A stretch of DNA of 64,000 nucleotides, taken from assembly GCA_963703225.1 (NCBI GenBank), contig OY969801.1, positions 2,112,001 to 2,176,000 on the forward strand, written 5' to 3'. The notes under the pieces are model-generated. The model was not told the DNA's origin. It saw nothing but the letters and a program-made list of their open reading frames with translations, and did no database searches. This DNA is from Candidatus Eiseniibacteriota bacterium. GTDB taxonomy: Bacteria; Eisenbacteria; RBG-16-71-46; SZUA-252. Within the stretch, counting starts at the first letter, position 1. Each line of letters begins with the position of its first letter. The position numbers and the translations under genes were made by a program. Positions 40,273 through 50,572 of this stretch are shown in pieces.

Positions 40273-41402
40273 CGGCACTCCTTCATGAGCGAGCAAAGCG
40301 CGTCGACCAGCGCCTCCCAGGTGAATCGGCCGCGCGCCCGCGCGACGTTTTCGCGGAGTCCCGGGCCGAGCCCTTCGCCGAAGTAGCGCTCGATCGCCCG
40401 CGCCAGCGCGGGCGGGTCGGATGGCTCGACCAGGAGGCCGGAGACGCCATCTTCCACGACGTCCTCCAGCCCGCCGGCTCTCGTCGCGATCACCGGCACG
40501 CCCGCCCCGAAGGCCACCTGCGCGATTCCAGAGCCGGTCGCCGTCCGATACGGAAGCGCGACGACGTCGGCCGCGGCAAAGTAGGTCGCGACCTCCTCGT
40601 TGGCCACGTACCGGTCGACGACCGTCGTCTTCTTCGCGAGCGCCGGGTGGGAGAGCGCCGCCTGGTAGAGAGCGCGCGGCTCGTAGAATTCGCCCACCAC
40701 GTAGAGGTGATCCCACGAATTGGGCCGAGCGATTCGAAGCGCCTCCAATAGGTCGGCGAGCCCCTTGTACGCCCGGACGTATCCAAAGAAGAGGATGATC
40801 CGCCCCTCGGCGCCGATCGCGGCGCGCGCCGTCTCCCGGGAGGGCGGCCGCTCGCTGAAGATCTCGTACGTCGGGTGGGGGTGGACCCGGATCGGACGGT
40901 CGCCGACGCGGGAGCGAAGCCGCTCGGCTTCGGCCCTGGCGTGGACCAGGAAGCCATCCGCCGCGCCCAGCCCGTACGCCGCGAGCCACCGGTCGATCGG
41001 CGTCGCCTCGTGAGGCTCGACGTTATGACAGAGGAAGATCCGCTTCGGGGCGCCACCGCGACGAGCGGCCCGCGCCGCCGTCCCGAGCGAAGGGCCGAAG
41101 AAGGGGTGCCACCACGGCACCACCAGGAGATCCGGGCCGAGCTCGCGCAGGCGGAGCCCCGTCCGCCGCCAGCTCAGAGGCTGGATGCTGTCGAGCAGCC
41201 GCTCCGGCTCGACGGGCGGACGGATCGAATTCTCGCTCCGGTCAAACTGGGTCGCGCCTGGGAACAAGAAGCCGGGGTAGAGCCGCGAGAACGAGACGAT
41301 GTGGGTTTCGTGATCCCGCGCGAACGCCCGCGCGAGGAGCGTGGTGTAGTGGGAGATCCCGCCCCGGTACGGGTAGGTGGGCCCGAGGAGCGCGACCTTC
41401 AT
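40269..41402 (-). CDS. Glycosyltransferase family 4
   Basis: GPTYPYRGGISHY, CHNV.PHE, FGYVRAYKG, LPYRTATGSG. Confidence 0.9.
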   Translation of the reverse strand: MKVALLGPTYPYRGGISHYTTLLARAFARDHETHIVSFSRLYPGFLFPGATQFDRSENSIRPPVEPERLLDSIQPLSWRRTGLRLRELGPDLLVVPWWHPFFGPSLGTAARAARRGGAPKRIFLCHNVEPHEATPIDRWLAAYGLGAADGFLVHARAEAERLRSRVGDRPIRVHPHPTYEIFSERPPSRETARAAIGAEGRIILFFGYVRAYKGLADLLEALRIARPNSWDHLYVVGEFYEPRALYQAALSHPALAKKTTVVDRYVANEEVATYFAAADVVALPYRTATGSGIAQVAFGAGVPVIATRAGGLEDVVEDGVSGLLVEPSDPPALARAIERYFGEGLGPGLRENVARARGRFTWEALVDALCSLMKECR

Positions 41403-41429
41403 CGCACGCGGAAGCCCGCGACGGCTCCC

Positions 41430-42372
41430 CTAGACGCGATCCCGGATCGCGTCGTGCGGCTCCTCCGTCCGGCTTCCCGCGATCATCTCCCCCAGGAAGC
41501 CGAGCGAGAGGAATTGAATACCCAGGATCACGAGGACGAGCCCAAAGAGCAGGCCGGGGCGAAGCCTTAGGCCGTGGCCCAAGAACCACGGCCAGGTGTA
41601 GAGGATCGTGAGCGCCGCCCCCGCCAGGGCGAAGAGGATCCCGAGGCGCCCGAACAGATGCACCGGGCGGTTCCCGCTGGTCGTGAGGAACATGACCGCG
41701 GTGAGGTCGAGGAACCCGTTCAGGAAACGGGAGACCCCGAACTTGGTCTTTCCGTGGAGCCGGGGATGATGAACGGTGCGGATCTCCGCGACGCGAAACC
41801 CGTTCCAGTGAGCCAGCACCGGGATGAAACGATGCAGCTCCCCGCGGAGTTGGACCGTGCGCGTCACCTCGCTCCGGTACGCCTTGAGCCCGCAGTTCAT
41901 GTCGTGGAGCGAGACCCCGCTCACCGCCGCGGTGACCGCGTTGAACAGCTTGGAAGGAATCGTCTTGCTGATCGGATCTTTGCGCGCCTGCTTCCAACCG
42001 GAAACGAGGTCGTACCCCTCGTCGAGCTTCGCGAGGAGCCGGCCGATCTCGGCCGAGTCGTCCTGGAGGTCGCCGTCCATCGTGACCACGCGGCCGCCCC
42101 TCGCCGCGCGAAACCCGATCGAGAGCGCGGCCGATTTCCCGAAGTTGCGCCGCAGCTGGATTCCGCGAAGCCCGCGCACCGAGCCGGAGAGCGCGCGGAC
42201 TTGATCAAACGTGCCGTCGGTCGAGCCGTCGTCGACGACGAGGATCTCGTAGCTCTTTCCGAGGGGGGCGAGGTCGACGACCAATTTTTCGACCAGCGGC
42301 CGGATGTTCTCGGCCTCGTTCAGGACCGGGAACGAGTACGGTCAGGTCGACTCCGGGAGCCTCCGAATTCAC
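41430..42372 (-). CDS. ArnC/GtrB-like polyprenol-phosphate glycosyltransferase (GT2 + 2 TM), frameshift at ~42328
   Basis: LVP/VLNE, VDDGSTDGT, RNFGKS, MDGDLQD, GELHRFIP, two C-terminal TMs. Confidence 0.9.
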
Positions 42373-42388
42373 GACGTTCCCTCCCCCG

Positions 42389-43328
42389 CTACCGGTTTCG
42401 CTGCCACGCCCACTGCCGCTCCAACCCGTCCGTGAGATCCGTCCTCGGGTCGTATCCCAGATCCCGACGCGCGCGCGCGCAGTCCGCGGAGGTGTCGCGC
42501 GGATCCCCGGGTGATGGCGCCACGTGGTGCCTCTTCAGCGGCCTTCCCGTGACCCGCTCGATCCGCCCCAGCACATCGTTCAGGGAGACGCGGTGTCCGC
42601 CGCCGACATTGTACGTCAGCTCACGGGTCGGGCGGGTCATGGCCGCGATCGTGGCCGAAACCGCGTCGTCCACATAGGTGAAATCCCGCGTCTGCTCGCC
42701 GTCTCCGTAGATCTGTGACCGCGGTCTCGTGCCGGGCGGCCTCGAAGAAGGCGTAAAACCCCATGTCGGGGCGCTGGCGCGGTCCGTAGACCGTGAAGTA
42801 ACGGAGCGACACCACCGGGAGATCAAAGGTCCGGTTGTAAGCGTGAAGCAATGCTTCCGTGGACAGCTTGGTCACGCCGTAAGGCGAGAGCGGCCGCGGC
42901 GGCTCGTCTTCCGGTGTCGGAAACCGGGTCGGCATCCCGTAGATCGATGAGCTGGACGCCACGACCATCCGCGTCACGGAGCTCCCGCGCATCGCTTCCA
43001 GGAGGCGCTGCGTCGCGACGACGTTGTGTTCCGCGTAGGCCCGAAACGAGTCACCCCAGCTCGATCGCACTCCGGGCAGAGCCGCGAGGTGGATGACGTG
43101 GGAGACACCGTCGAGCAAGCGTGCGATCGGGGCGCTCCTCAGGTCCTCCTCCTCCAGGCGAAATCGACCGTGGCCGAGCGCGCCGACGAGGTTCTCCCGC
43201 TTTCGCCGCGAGGAATAGTTGTCGAGGAACGCGTCGACGCCCACGACCTCCCAGCCCGATGCGAGGAGCGCCTCCGCGAGGGTCGAGCCGAGGAATCCCG
43301 CGACCCCCGTGACCAGCGCGCGGCTCAC
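42389..43328 (-). CDS. NAD-dependent nucleotide-sugar epimerase/dehydratase (UDP-glucuronate epimerase-like), frameshift at ~42720
   Basis: TGVAGFLGS, SSSSIYG, YGVTK, YFTVYGPRQRPDM; then YGDGEQTRDFTY. Confidence 0.92.
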
Positions 43329-45916
43329 CCGCCGCGCTTCCCGGGGAACCGGTCGCCGGGGGGCGGCGGGGCTTTTCCGGCGAAGATGCGGAGGGATTCC
43401 TCGTACTGCTTCAGGTAGTTGGCGCCCTCCCGATCCTCGGGATGCGCCCGCATCCACGTCCGGAGTACATCGACCGCCTCGGCGCGCTGGCCGGTCTGCC
43501 AGAGCGCGGTGAAGAGCGCGCTGAACCAATCGAAGTACTGCTGGTTCAGCTCCGCCGCGCGTCTCAGCTCCGCGATTCCCTCGTCCACCCGACCGGTCTG
43601 GTAGTAGGTCACGCCGAGGTGGAAATGGAACTCGGGAGCGGTCGGGAAGCGGCGCACGCCCTCGACGTAGAGCTTCTCGGCCTCGGGCAGGCGACCGGTG
43701 TCTTCATAGAGTCTCCCCAGATACTCGAGGAGCCCGGGAAAGTCCGGCGAAACCTTGACGGCGTCCTGAAGAACCCGGATCGCCTCTTCCGCCTTGCCCG
43801 CGATCTGGAGCTGGTAGGCGACCTGGACGTGGGCCGCGGCGTAGTTCTGCACGAGCCGGTAGGCGTTATCGTCCTTGTAGACCGACGTATCGTACGCCCG
43901 ATTCTTGTCCAGGAGCCCTTTGTACTGAAAGACGCTGTAGAGGTTGTGCATCGTCTTCTCGACGTCCACCGATCGCCCGGATTCCTGTGGGTTGACGCGG
44001 AACACGAGCCCCTCGAGCGTGAGCCGCTTCTCGAGCCCCATCTGGTCCGGGACCGTGACCGCCAGGTAGATCGGCCGCCTCCACGCGTTCGTCTTGATGA
44101 TGTCCTGCGTCGCGAGATCCTTCACCCAGACAACCTTTCCGGTCTTCTCGTCCTGATACGGCCCGATGCATCTCGAGCTGCGAATCGGTATAGGAGATCG
44201 GCACCTTGGGTTCTGAGGTCCCGCAGCTGACGGATGTACCAAGGCGTGTTCAGAAGGCTCAGGTTGACGACCCGAACGTCCTTACGGACGCCCTCCACCT
44301 CCTGGATGTACCAGAGCGGAAACGTGTCGTTGTCGCCGTTCGTGAAGACCACCGCGCCCGGCTCCAGCGGCGCCAGCATGTTGTAGGCGTAGTCGTGGGC
44401 GATGTAGAACCCGGACCGATCGTGGGTGAACCAACCGCTCCTCATCGGGAGGAGTGCGAATCCCAAGAGCGCGGCACCGCCCAGCCCCAGGAGAAGCCGG
44501 GAGGAAGCCGCCCGGGGGAGCGGCTCGAGCGCCGCGGTATCTCCGCGGTCCTCCGTTCCCCCGCGCCGGGGCGGACGACGCCCGGGGCGAGAGCCCCTTC
44601 GCGAGCGCGTGGAACGCGGCTCCCGCGCCCATGCCCATCCAGACCGCCATGAAGTGATACGAGTTGGTGAAGAAGTAGTCGCGCTCCCGGACCTCGTGAT
44701 CGGTGAAATTCAGATAGAAGATCAGCCCCGGCCCCATGATCACGTGCGTCGCGAGGAAGAACCAGAACGTCGTCCGGTCGCGGCGATAGTTCCACCAGGC
44801 CCCGAGGAAGAAGAAGAAGTAGGGGATCGCGTTCACGGCCTTGACCCAGAACGACGAGAGGTCGAGCTGTCCGATCCGCTCGATGAGGTGCCATTGCTGG
44901 CCGATGTAGCGGAGGTACATGTGCTGGATCTGGTACCACAGCTCCGCGCGACGATCGAACGGATTGGACGGGCCGTACTGCTTGCGGCTCAGGTACTCGA
45001 GCCACGTGGCGAGGGTCGTGGGGGAACCCTCGTTGATCATCGGCATCTGCTGGCTCCGGATCAGAAGGAAGATCTGAACCGAGAAGCCCACCAGAATCAG
45101 GAGGGTCCACCAGCCAAAGAGATTGTTCTTGAAGTAGAAGCGGTGGTTGACCGCGGCGTAGATGGCCGCGAGCGCCAGGACGCCGCTGAAAAAGATCCCG
45201 GGGATCCCGACGCCCAGCATGCCGTTCATGAAATAAACGATCAGGAACGCGCCAAAGAACACCGTCGGAACCAGGAACTTGGGGCTCGCGAAGTAGCTGG
45301 GGCGGACCATGATGAACAGGAGCAGGAGCGCCGGCGCGATCAGGATGGTCCCGAGGTGGACGCCGGTGGAGACCGCCAGCAGATAGACGATCAGCAGGAG
45401 GATCTTGTCGTTTCCTGGCTCGCCGACGTGATCCCACCACTGGAACGCGAGCCATATGGTGAACGCGATGAGGCACGAGGAGAGCGAGTAGACTTCCGCC
45501 TCGATCGCGCTGTCCCAGAAGGAGCTGGCGAACGCCACGAGCCACGCGGCGGCGATCCCGCCCAGCTCGCAGGCGAGCGTGGAGGCGACGCTGGCCGGCT
45601 CCGATGCGACGGTCCGGCGGAGCGCTCGGACGGTGAAGAGAAACGTGAAGAGACAGGTCAGCGCGGAAGCGAGCGAGCTCATGAAATTGACGCGCCACGC
45701 CACGCTCTCGATGGGAAGGAGGCTCATCATCCGTCCGAGCATCGTGTAGACCGGGTTCCCCGGAGGATGGGGGAGACCCAGGGTCAAGGAGGTGGCGATG
45801 AATTCGCCCGAGTCCCAGAACGGGACGGTCGGGGTCACGGTTCGGATGTATGCCCAGAGCGGCACCCCCACGGCCAGAATCGCGCCCAGGATGTGCCACC
45901 GCTTGGTCGCGGTCAT
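43325..45916 (-). CDS. DUF2723 / TMEM260-like GT-C protein with C-terminal TPRs; frameshifts at ~44560, ~44215, ~44168
   Basis: PTVPFWDSGEF, HPPGNP, AIEAEVY, YLSRKQY, RERDYFF, GDNDTFPLWY, VVNLSLLNTPWY, TPR tail. Confidence 0.88.
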
Positions 45917-46959
45917 TCGACTCCCTTCCCCGCGCGCCGGGTTTGGGCGCGCGCCGTTCGACGGCGTTCCAGGATCGTGTTGATCGCCCGGCGGGGCGGC
46001 CGGGACACGAAGATGAGCCCCCCGAGCAGGCTGATGAGGACGGACACCAAGTAGGTCAAGAATGGAACCGTGAAGGCCTGCTCGCGCGTAAGACCCGCCA
46101 TTTGAAATAGAACAACGCCAGCCCCCTCCCGGATCCCAAGCCCGTTGAGGGAGATGGGCAGCGAGACCAGCGCGGCGAGGGCTGGGACGAACAGGAAATA
46201 GTACCCCACCGCCACCCGCACCCCCAGGGCCAGCCCCACCAGGTAATGGACCAGGATCCGGCTGATCTGGACGACGAGGGAGGCGGCGAAGACGGCGAGG
46301 AGGGTCCCACCCTGGCTCCGGAACCCGTGCAGGTCGTCCATCAACCGCGTGATTCCCCGCTCGATCGACCGCGCGCCCACGACGCGGAATGGCCACTCAA
46401 AGGCGGTGAGCACGGTTCGATTGAAGATGCTCAGAAAGAACCCCAGAGAGACCAGGAAGGTGATCACGATCGCGGTGTAGATCGCGTAGAGGTGAAATCG
46501 ATCGATCGCGGCGAAGGAGGCGAGCAGGGCCACCGAGGCCATCGCGAGAACGCCGATCAGACGGTCCATGAGCGTCGCGGAGAAGACCGAGCTGACGTGC
46601 TCGGCGTGCTTGGAAGCGTCGCTGATCCGCGCGATATCGCCCCCGATGTTCGAAGGGAGGAAGTTGTTGAAGAAGAGCCCCACGAAGTAGTACGAGGCCG
46701 CCTTCTGATACGGAATCGGGACTCCTTGGGCGCGCAGGAGGCGGGCCCAGAGCCAGCTCCCGACGATGCTCGAGAACAGAAAGAGGCCCGCGGCCGCGAG
46801 CAGGAGGCGCGGATTCGCCGGTCGAATCGTGGCCCAGATGTCCCCGGGCGAGACTTTGGCCACGACGTAGGCGAAGAGGGCGAAGCTCAAGAGCACCTTG
46901 ATCGCGATCAACGGCACCTTGTACCGGCTGATCCAGCCGCCGATCGAGGGCTTCTTCAC
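45913..46959 (-). CDS. Lysylphosphatidylglycerol-synthase-TM / flippase-like membrane protein
   Basis: FFNNFLPSNIGGD, DRLIG, LPISLNGLGIRE. Confidence 0.85.
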   Translation of the reverse strand: MKKPSIGGWISRYKVPLIAIKVLLSFALFAYVVAKVSPGDIWATIRPANPRLLLAAAGLFLFSSIVGSWLWARLLRAQGVPIPYQKAASYYFVGLFFNNFLPSNIGGDIARISDASKHAEHVSSVFSATLMDRLIGVLAMASVALLASFAAIDRFHLYAIYTAIVITFLVSLGFFLSIFNRTVLTAFEWPFRVVGARSIERGITRLMDDLHGFRSQGGTLLAVFAASLVVQISRILVHYLVGLALGVRVAVGYYFLFVPALAALVSLPISLNGLGIREGAGVVLFQMAGLTREQAFTVPFLTYLVSVLISLLGGLIFVSRPPRRAINTILERRRTARAQTRRAGKGVE

Positions 46960-48074
46960 GCCGCCCGCCCTTGTGCCGCGCGCTCCATGACCGCGCGGCT
47001 CCCCCGATAGCAGGTCTCCCAATCAAACCGCCCGGCCCAGCGAATCGCGGCCGTCGCCAGGCGCAGGCGGAGCTCCCGGTCCCTCAGAAGCCGGATCAGG
47101 CCGTCGGCGAGCGCCGGGACGTCGCCGTGCGGCACGAGGATTCCGGTCTCCCCGTCCCGGACCGACTCCACAAGTCCAGGGCTTCGGCTCGCGACCACGG
47201 GCGTGCCGCAGGCGTTCGCCTCGATCACCGTCAATCCCCAGCCCTCTTTCGGCGAGGGATTGACGGCGACCTGGGCCGCGTTGAGCGCCGCCACCTTTTC
47301 GGGCTGCGAGACCGATCCGAGGAACCGGACACGCTCCGAAACGCCCAGCGACCGCGCGAGCCCCTCGAGCGTCGGACGGTAGGGCCCATCCCCCGCGAGG
47401 ACCAACCGGGCTTCGGGCACCGACTCGAGCACGCGCGGCAGAGCGCGAACGGCGAACTGGGCCCCCTTGTACCGACGGAGACGGCCGAGAAAGCAGATCG
47501 TCGGATCGCGCCGCGATTCCGGAGGAGTGGTCACGGCGTAGTCGGCCTGCGTGAGGCCGCACGGCACGACCGAGATCCGCCCCGGATCGATGCCCCGTGC
47601 GGAAAGATCGGAGCGCGTGCTCTCGGAGATCGCGAGGAAGGGGGTTTGTCGGTACACGAACGGTATCAGGCTCTCGTGGGCCCAGACGATTCCCGCGATG
47701 GGAGCGGGAGCCTCGTGGAACGCCGTCGTACCGAAGAGATGGGGGACGACGGCCAAGACGGGCGCGGTGGCAAAGAGCGGCGTGAAGAACGGAACTTTGT
47801 TGATGTCGTCCAGGACGAGATCAAATCGCTCCCTTCGGTACCGTCCGCGATAGAGCGCGCCGAGGGCAAGGTGCGCATTGTACCATGAACCCGCGCGATG
47901 GATCCGGATTCCATCGACCGCATCCTCCTCTGGCGCCCCGGCATACCGCTCGGCCAGCCAGGTCGCGCGCCCGCCGTCCCGCACGATCCGTCTCAGGATC
48001 TCGAACAGGTGAAGCTCCGCGCCGCCCGCCTCGGGATGCTTGGGGTCGCGCCAGTTGAACGCGATCACGTTCAA
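46956..48074 (-). CDS. Glycosyltransferase family 4
   Basis: NWRDPKHPEAGGAE, GRLRRYKG, KEGWGLTVIEANACG. Confidence 0.9.
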   Translation of the reverse strand: MNVIAFNWRDPKHPEAGGAELHLFEILRRIVRDGGRATWLAERYAGAPEEDAVDGIRIHRAGSWYNAHLALGALYRGRYRRERFDLVLDDINKVPFFTPLFATAPVLAVVPHLFGTTAFHEAPAPIAGIVWAHESLIPFVYRQTPFLAISESTRSDLSARGIDPGRISVVPCGLTQADYAVTTPPESRRDPTICFLGRLRRYKGAQFAVRALPRVLESVPEARLVLAGDGPYRPTLEGLARSLGVSERVRFLGSVSQPEKVAALNAAQVAVNPSPKEGWGLTVIEANACGTPVVASRSPGLVESVRDGETGILVPHGDVPALADGLIRLLRDRELRLRLATAAIRWAGRFDWETCYRGSRAVMERAAQGRAA

Positions 48075-48868
48075 GCCGGGGGTCCGGAGGGCGCGCTCCC
48101 CTCCTTCCGTCCGATGGCGCCGATCACAAAGTAGGTGTAGAACGCGAAGGGCGTGCGCTCCCAGACGGAACGAATGGACGCAAGGATCGGCGTGATCACC
48201 GGGATCGGCGGCGGATCGAGCGGAAGCTTGGCGATGCCCGCGCGGAGGAGCGCGAGGCGCGTCGATCGGTAGAAAAGCCCGGGGACCATCCACGCCCCGT
48301 AGCGCCGTACGATCCGCACCCCCGCCCGCCGCATCAACCGCTCCAGCTCTCCGATGGTGAACTCCGTCTCCCACCCCGCGAACCACTTCCCCACCACGAT
48401 CAGAGCGTGCTTCACCAACGTGTAGAGATGGAAACGCTGCGGAACGTCGACGAGCAGCATGCCATCGGGGCGCAGGACTCGAACGTTCTCGTGGAGGAGC
48501 GGGCGGGGATCGCGAAAGTGCTCGAGCAGGCCCTGATGGAAGACGACGTCAAAGGAGCCGTCCCGAAAGGGCATCCGGAGGGCATCGGCGCGGACCAGGT
48601 GGGGCGAGATCCCGGCTCTCCGGGAGACGTTCCGGGCGACCTGAAGCGACGCCATGGAGTAGTCGAGCATCACGGCGATCGCTCCCTGTTCGGCGAGCGC
48701 GACGCTGTCTCGCCCCGATCCAGCCCCCACCTCGAGGACCCGTTTCCCCTGAATGGGACCCTCGGCCGTAATCCGCTCCACGACGCGCCCCGCGGTGGGG
48801 TAGACCTCGTCGATCTCGGCCCGATCCTTCCAGAATCGGGTCCAGTGCGCCTCGGTGGAAGCCCGCAC
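48071..48868 (-). CDS. Class I SAM-dependent methyltransferase
   Basis: VLEVGAGSG, ADALRMPF, FDVVFHQGLLEHF, RVLRPDG. Confidence 0.9.
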   Translation of the reverse strand: MRASTEAHWTRFWKDRAEIDEVYPTAGRVVERITAEGPIQGKRVLEVGAGSGRDSVALAEQGAIAVMLDYSMASLQVARNVSRRAGISPHLVRADALRMPFRDGSFDVVFHQGLLEHFRDPRPLLHENVRVLRPDGMLLVDVPQRFHLYTLVKHALIVVGKWFAGWETEFTIGELERLMRRAGVRIVRRYGAWMVPGLFYRSTRLALLRAGIAKLPLDPPPIPVITPILASIRSVWERTPFAFYTYFVIGAIGRKEGSAPSGPPA

Positions 48869-48876
48869 CGCCCCCT

Positions 48877-49602
48877 CTACTCTCCGGTCGCGAGGCGCGC
48901 GGCGAGGACCTCCGGGAGCTGTGCCGCCCGGATTTTCGCCTGGGCGCCCTCGATGTCGTACGGCACGCGGATGAACTCGATCTGCCCGGCGGGCTCGTGA
49001 AACAGGACGAAGCAAGCCCGAGGGTCGTGGTCCCGCGGCTGGCCGACGCTCCCTACGTTGACAATGTATCGGCGATCCGGATCAAAGGTGAGATCGGAGA
49101 CCGGAAGCGACTTGCACCCGCCCGGGTCCGCCATGTAGACGGCCGGCTGGTGGGTGTGTCCGATGAAGCAGACCGGCTCCGTGAAGTAATGAAATTGAGG
49201 CTCGGCGTCAAAGCGGTCTAGGAGGTACTCCCAGTCGCGGGGGCAAGCCGGCGACGCGTGGACGAGGAAGAAGGACTCCTCCGAGGAGGTCAGTGGGAGC
49301 CGCTGTAGGTACTCGCGGTTGTCGCGGGTCAGGGTCTTGGCGGTCCACTCGGCGGCCACCCGGGCGTAGATGTTGAACCGGGCCGCCTCCGGGCCGCCGC
49401 TCGCGGCGGCATCGTGATTGCCGAGGAGCACGATCTCGCATCGCTCCCTCACCCGCGCGAGGCATTCGTTGGGACTCGCGCCATATCCGACGATGTCGCC
49501 AAGGCAGATGACGCGCTTCGGCCCGCGCCGATCGATTTCGGCGAGCACGGCGTCGAGCGCTTCGAGGTTTCCGTGGATGTCGGAGATGAAGGCGGTGGTC
49601 AT
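48877..49602 (-). CDS. Metallophosphoesterase (YfcE/calcineurin-like)
   Basis: SDIHGN, GDIVGYG, GNHD, GHTH, NVGSVGQPRD. Confidence 0.92.
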   Translation of the reverse strand: MTTAFISDIHGNLEALDAVLAEIDRRGPKRVICLGDIVGYGASPNECLARVRERCEIVLLGNHDAAASGGPEAARFNIYARVAAEWTAKTLTRDNREYLQRLPLTSSEESFFLVHASPACPRDWEYLLDRFDAEPQFHYFTEPVCFIGHTHQPAVYMADPGGCKSLPVSDLTFDPDRRYIVNVGSVGQPRDHDPRACFVLFHEPAGQIEFIRVPYDIEGAQAKIRAAQLPEVLAARLATGE

Positions 49603-50015
49603 CCGACGGAGGGTCGCGCTTCGTGGGCGATCCGGTCAAGGATTCCGTTCACAAACGATCCCGACGTCTCCATCCCGTATTTCTTGGCAATCTCGATCGC
49701 CTCGTCCAGCGCGACGCGGGTCGGCGTGTCACCGTGGTAGAGAAGCTCCGCCGCGGCGAGCCGGATGACCGACCGGTCGGTGGCCGCCATGCGGCCGATG
49801 GACCAGTTCTGCGCGATGCGAGAGACCGCCGCGTCGATCTCCTCGCGGTGCTCCGCCAGGGTCCGGACCAGGGAGCCGGCAAACTCCTTCACATCGTCGC
49901 GGATATCCAGCTCCTCGACGATCTCGCCCAAACAGCGGTCGATCGGGTCGCCGGTCACGTCCGATTGATACGTGGCCCGAAACGCGATTTCCCTGGCCTC
50001 GCGCCGGCGGTTCAT
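49599..50015 (-). CDS. nusB: Transcription antitermination factor NusB
   Basis: RRREARE, WSIGRM...DR, DEAIEIAKKY, FVNGILD. Confidence 0.97.
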   Translation of the reverse strand: MNRRREAREIAFRATYQSDVTGDPIDRCLGEIVEELDIRDDVKEFAGSLVRTLAEHREEIDAAVSRIAQNWSIGRMAATDRSVIRLAAAELLYHGDTPTRVALDEAIEIAKKYGMETSGSFVNGILDRIAHEARPSVG

Positions 50016-50572
50016 CGCGGGCGCCTCCGCCCGAGCGCCCGGGTCACGTGCGCCATCTCGATCGCGGCTTCCGCCGCGTCCGCGCCCCGATTGCCCCGCT
50101 TCCCACCGGCCCGTTCGAGCGCCTGCTCCATCGTGTTCACGGTGACGAGCCCGAAGAGGATTGGAACGCCGGTCTCCAGGGCGACCCGCGAGATACCCCG
50201 AGCCGATTCGCCTGCCACCCAGTCAAAGTGAGGTGTTTCTCCGCGGACGACCGCGCCGACGCAGACGACCGCGTCCCACCGGCGCGACCGCGCCAGATGG
50301 AGCGCCGCGGTCGGGATCTCGAAGGCCCCTGGCACCCGCACGACCACCACGTTCTCGCTCGGGACGCCGTGCCGGTCGAGCGTGGCGAGCGCGCCCAAGA
50401 GGAGCCGCTCGCAGAGATCCCCGTTGAATCGGGACGCCACGACCGCGATCGAAAGGGCGCTCCCGTCCAGGGTCCCTTCGATCCGAAGCGGTCCCCGCAG
50501 GCGAGGGCGTCCGCGCGGGGCGCCGCCGCGTCGGCGGGGCCCCGCGGGAAGAGCGCCGCGGGCTTCGCTCAC
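50012..50572 (-). CDS. ribH: 6,7-dimethyl-8-ribityllumazine synthase
   Basis: VASRFN, VPGAFEIP, VRGETPHF, ERAGGKRGNRG. Confidence 0.95.
   Translation of the reverse strand: MSEARGALPAGPRRRGGAPRGRPRLRGPLRIEGTLDGSALSIAVVASRFNGDLCERLLLGALATLDRHGVPSENVVVVRVPGAFEIPTAALHLARSRRWDAVVCVGAVVRGETPHFDWVAGESARGISRVALETGVPILFGLVTVNTMEQALERAGGKRGNRGADAAEAAIEMAHVTRALGRRRPR

Noticed and set aside
26203..48868. Classical O-antigen/capsule (Wzy or ABC) locus or horizontally acquired island
   Set aside because: No recognisable wzx/wzy/wzz/wzm/wzt, GC and codon style match flanking core genes, and no mobility genes
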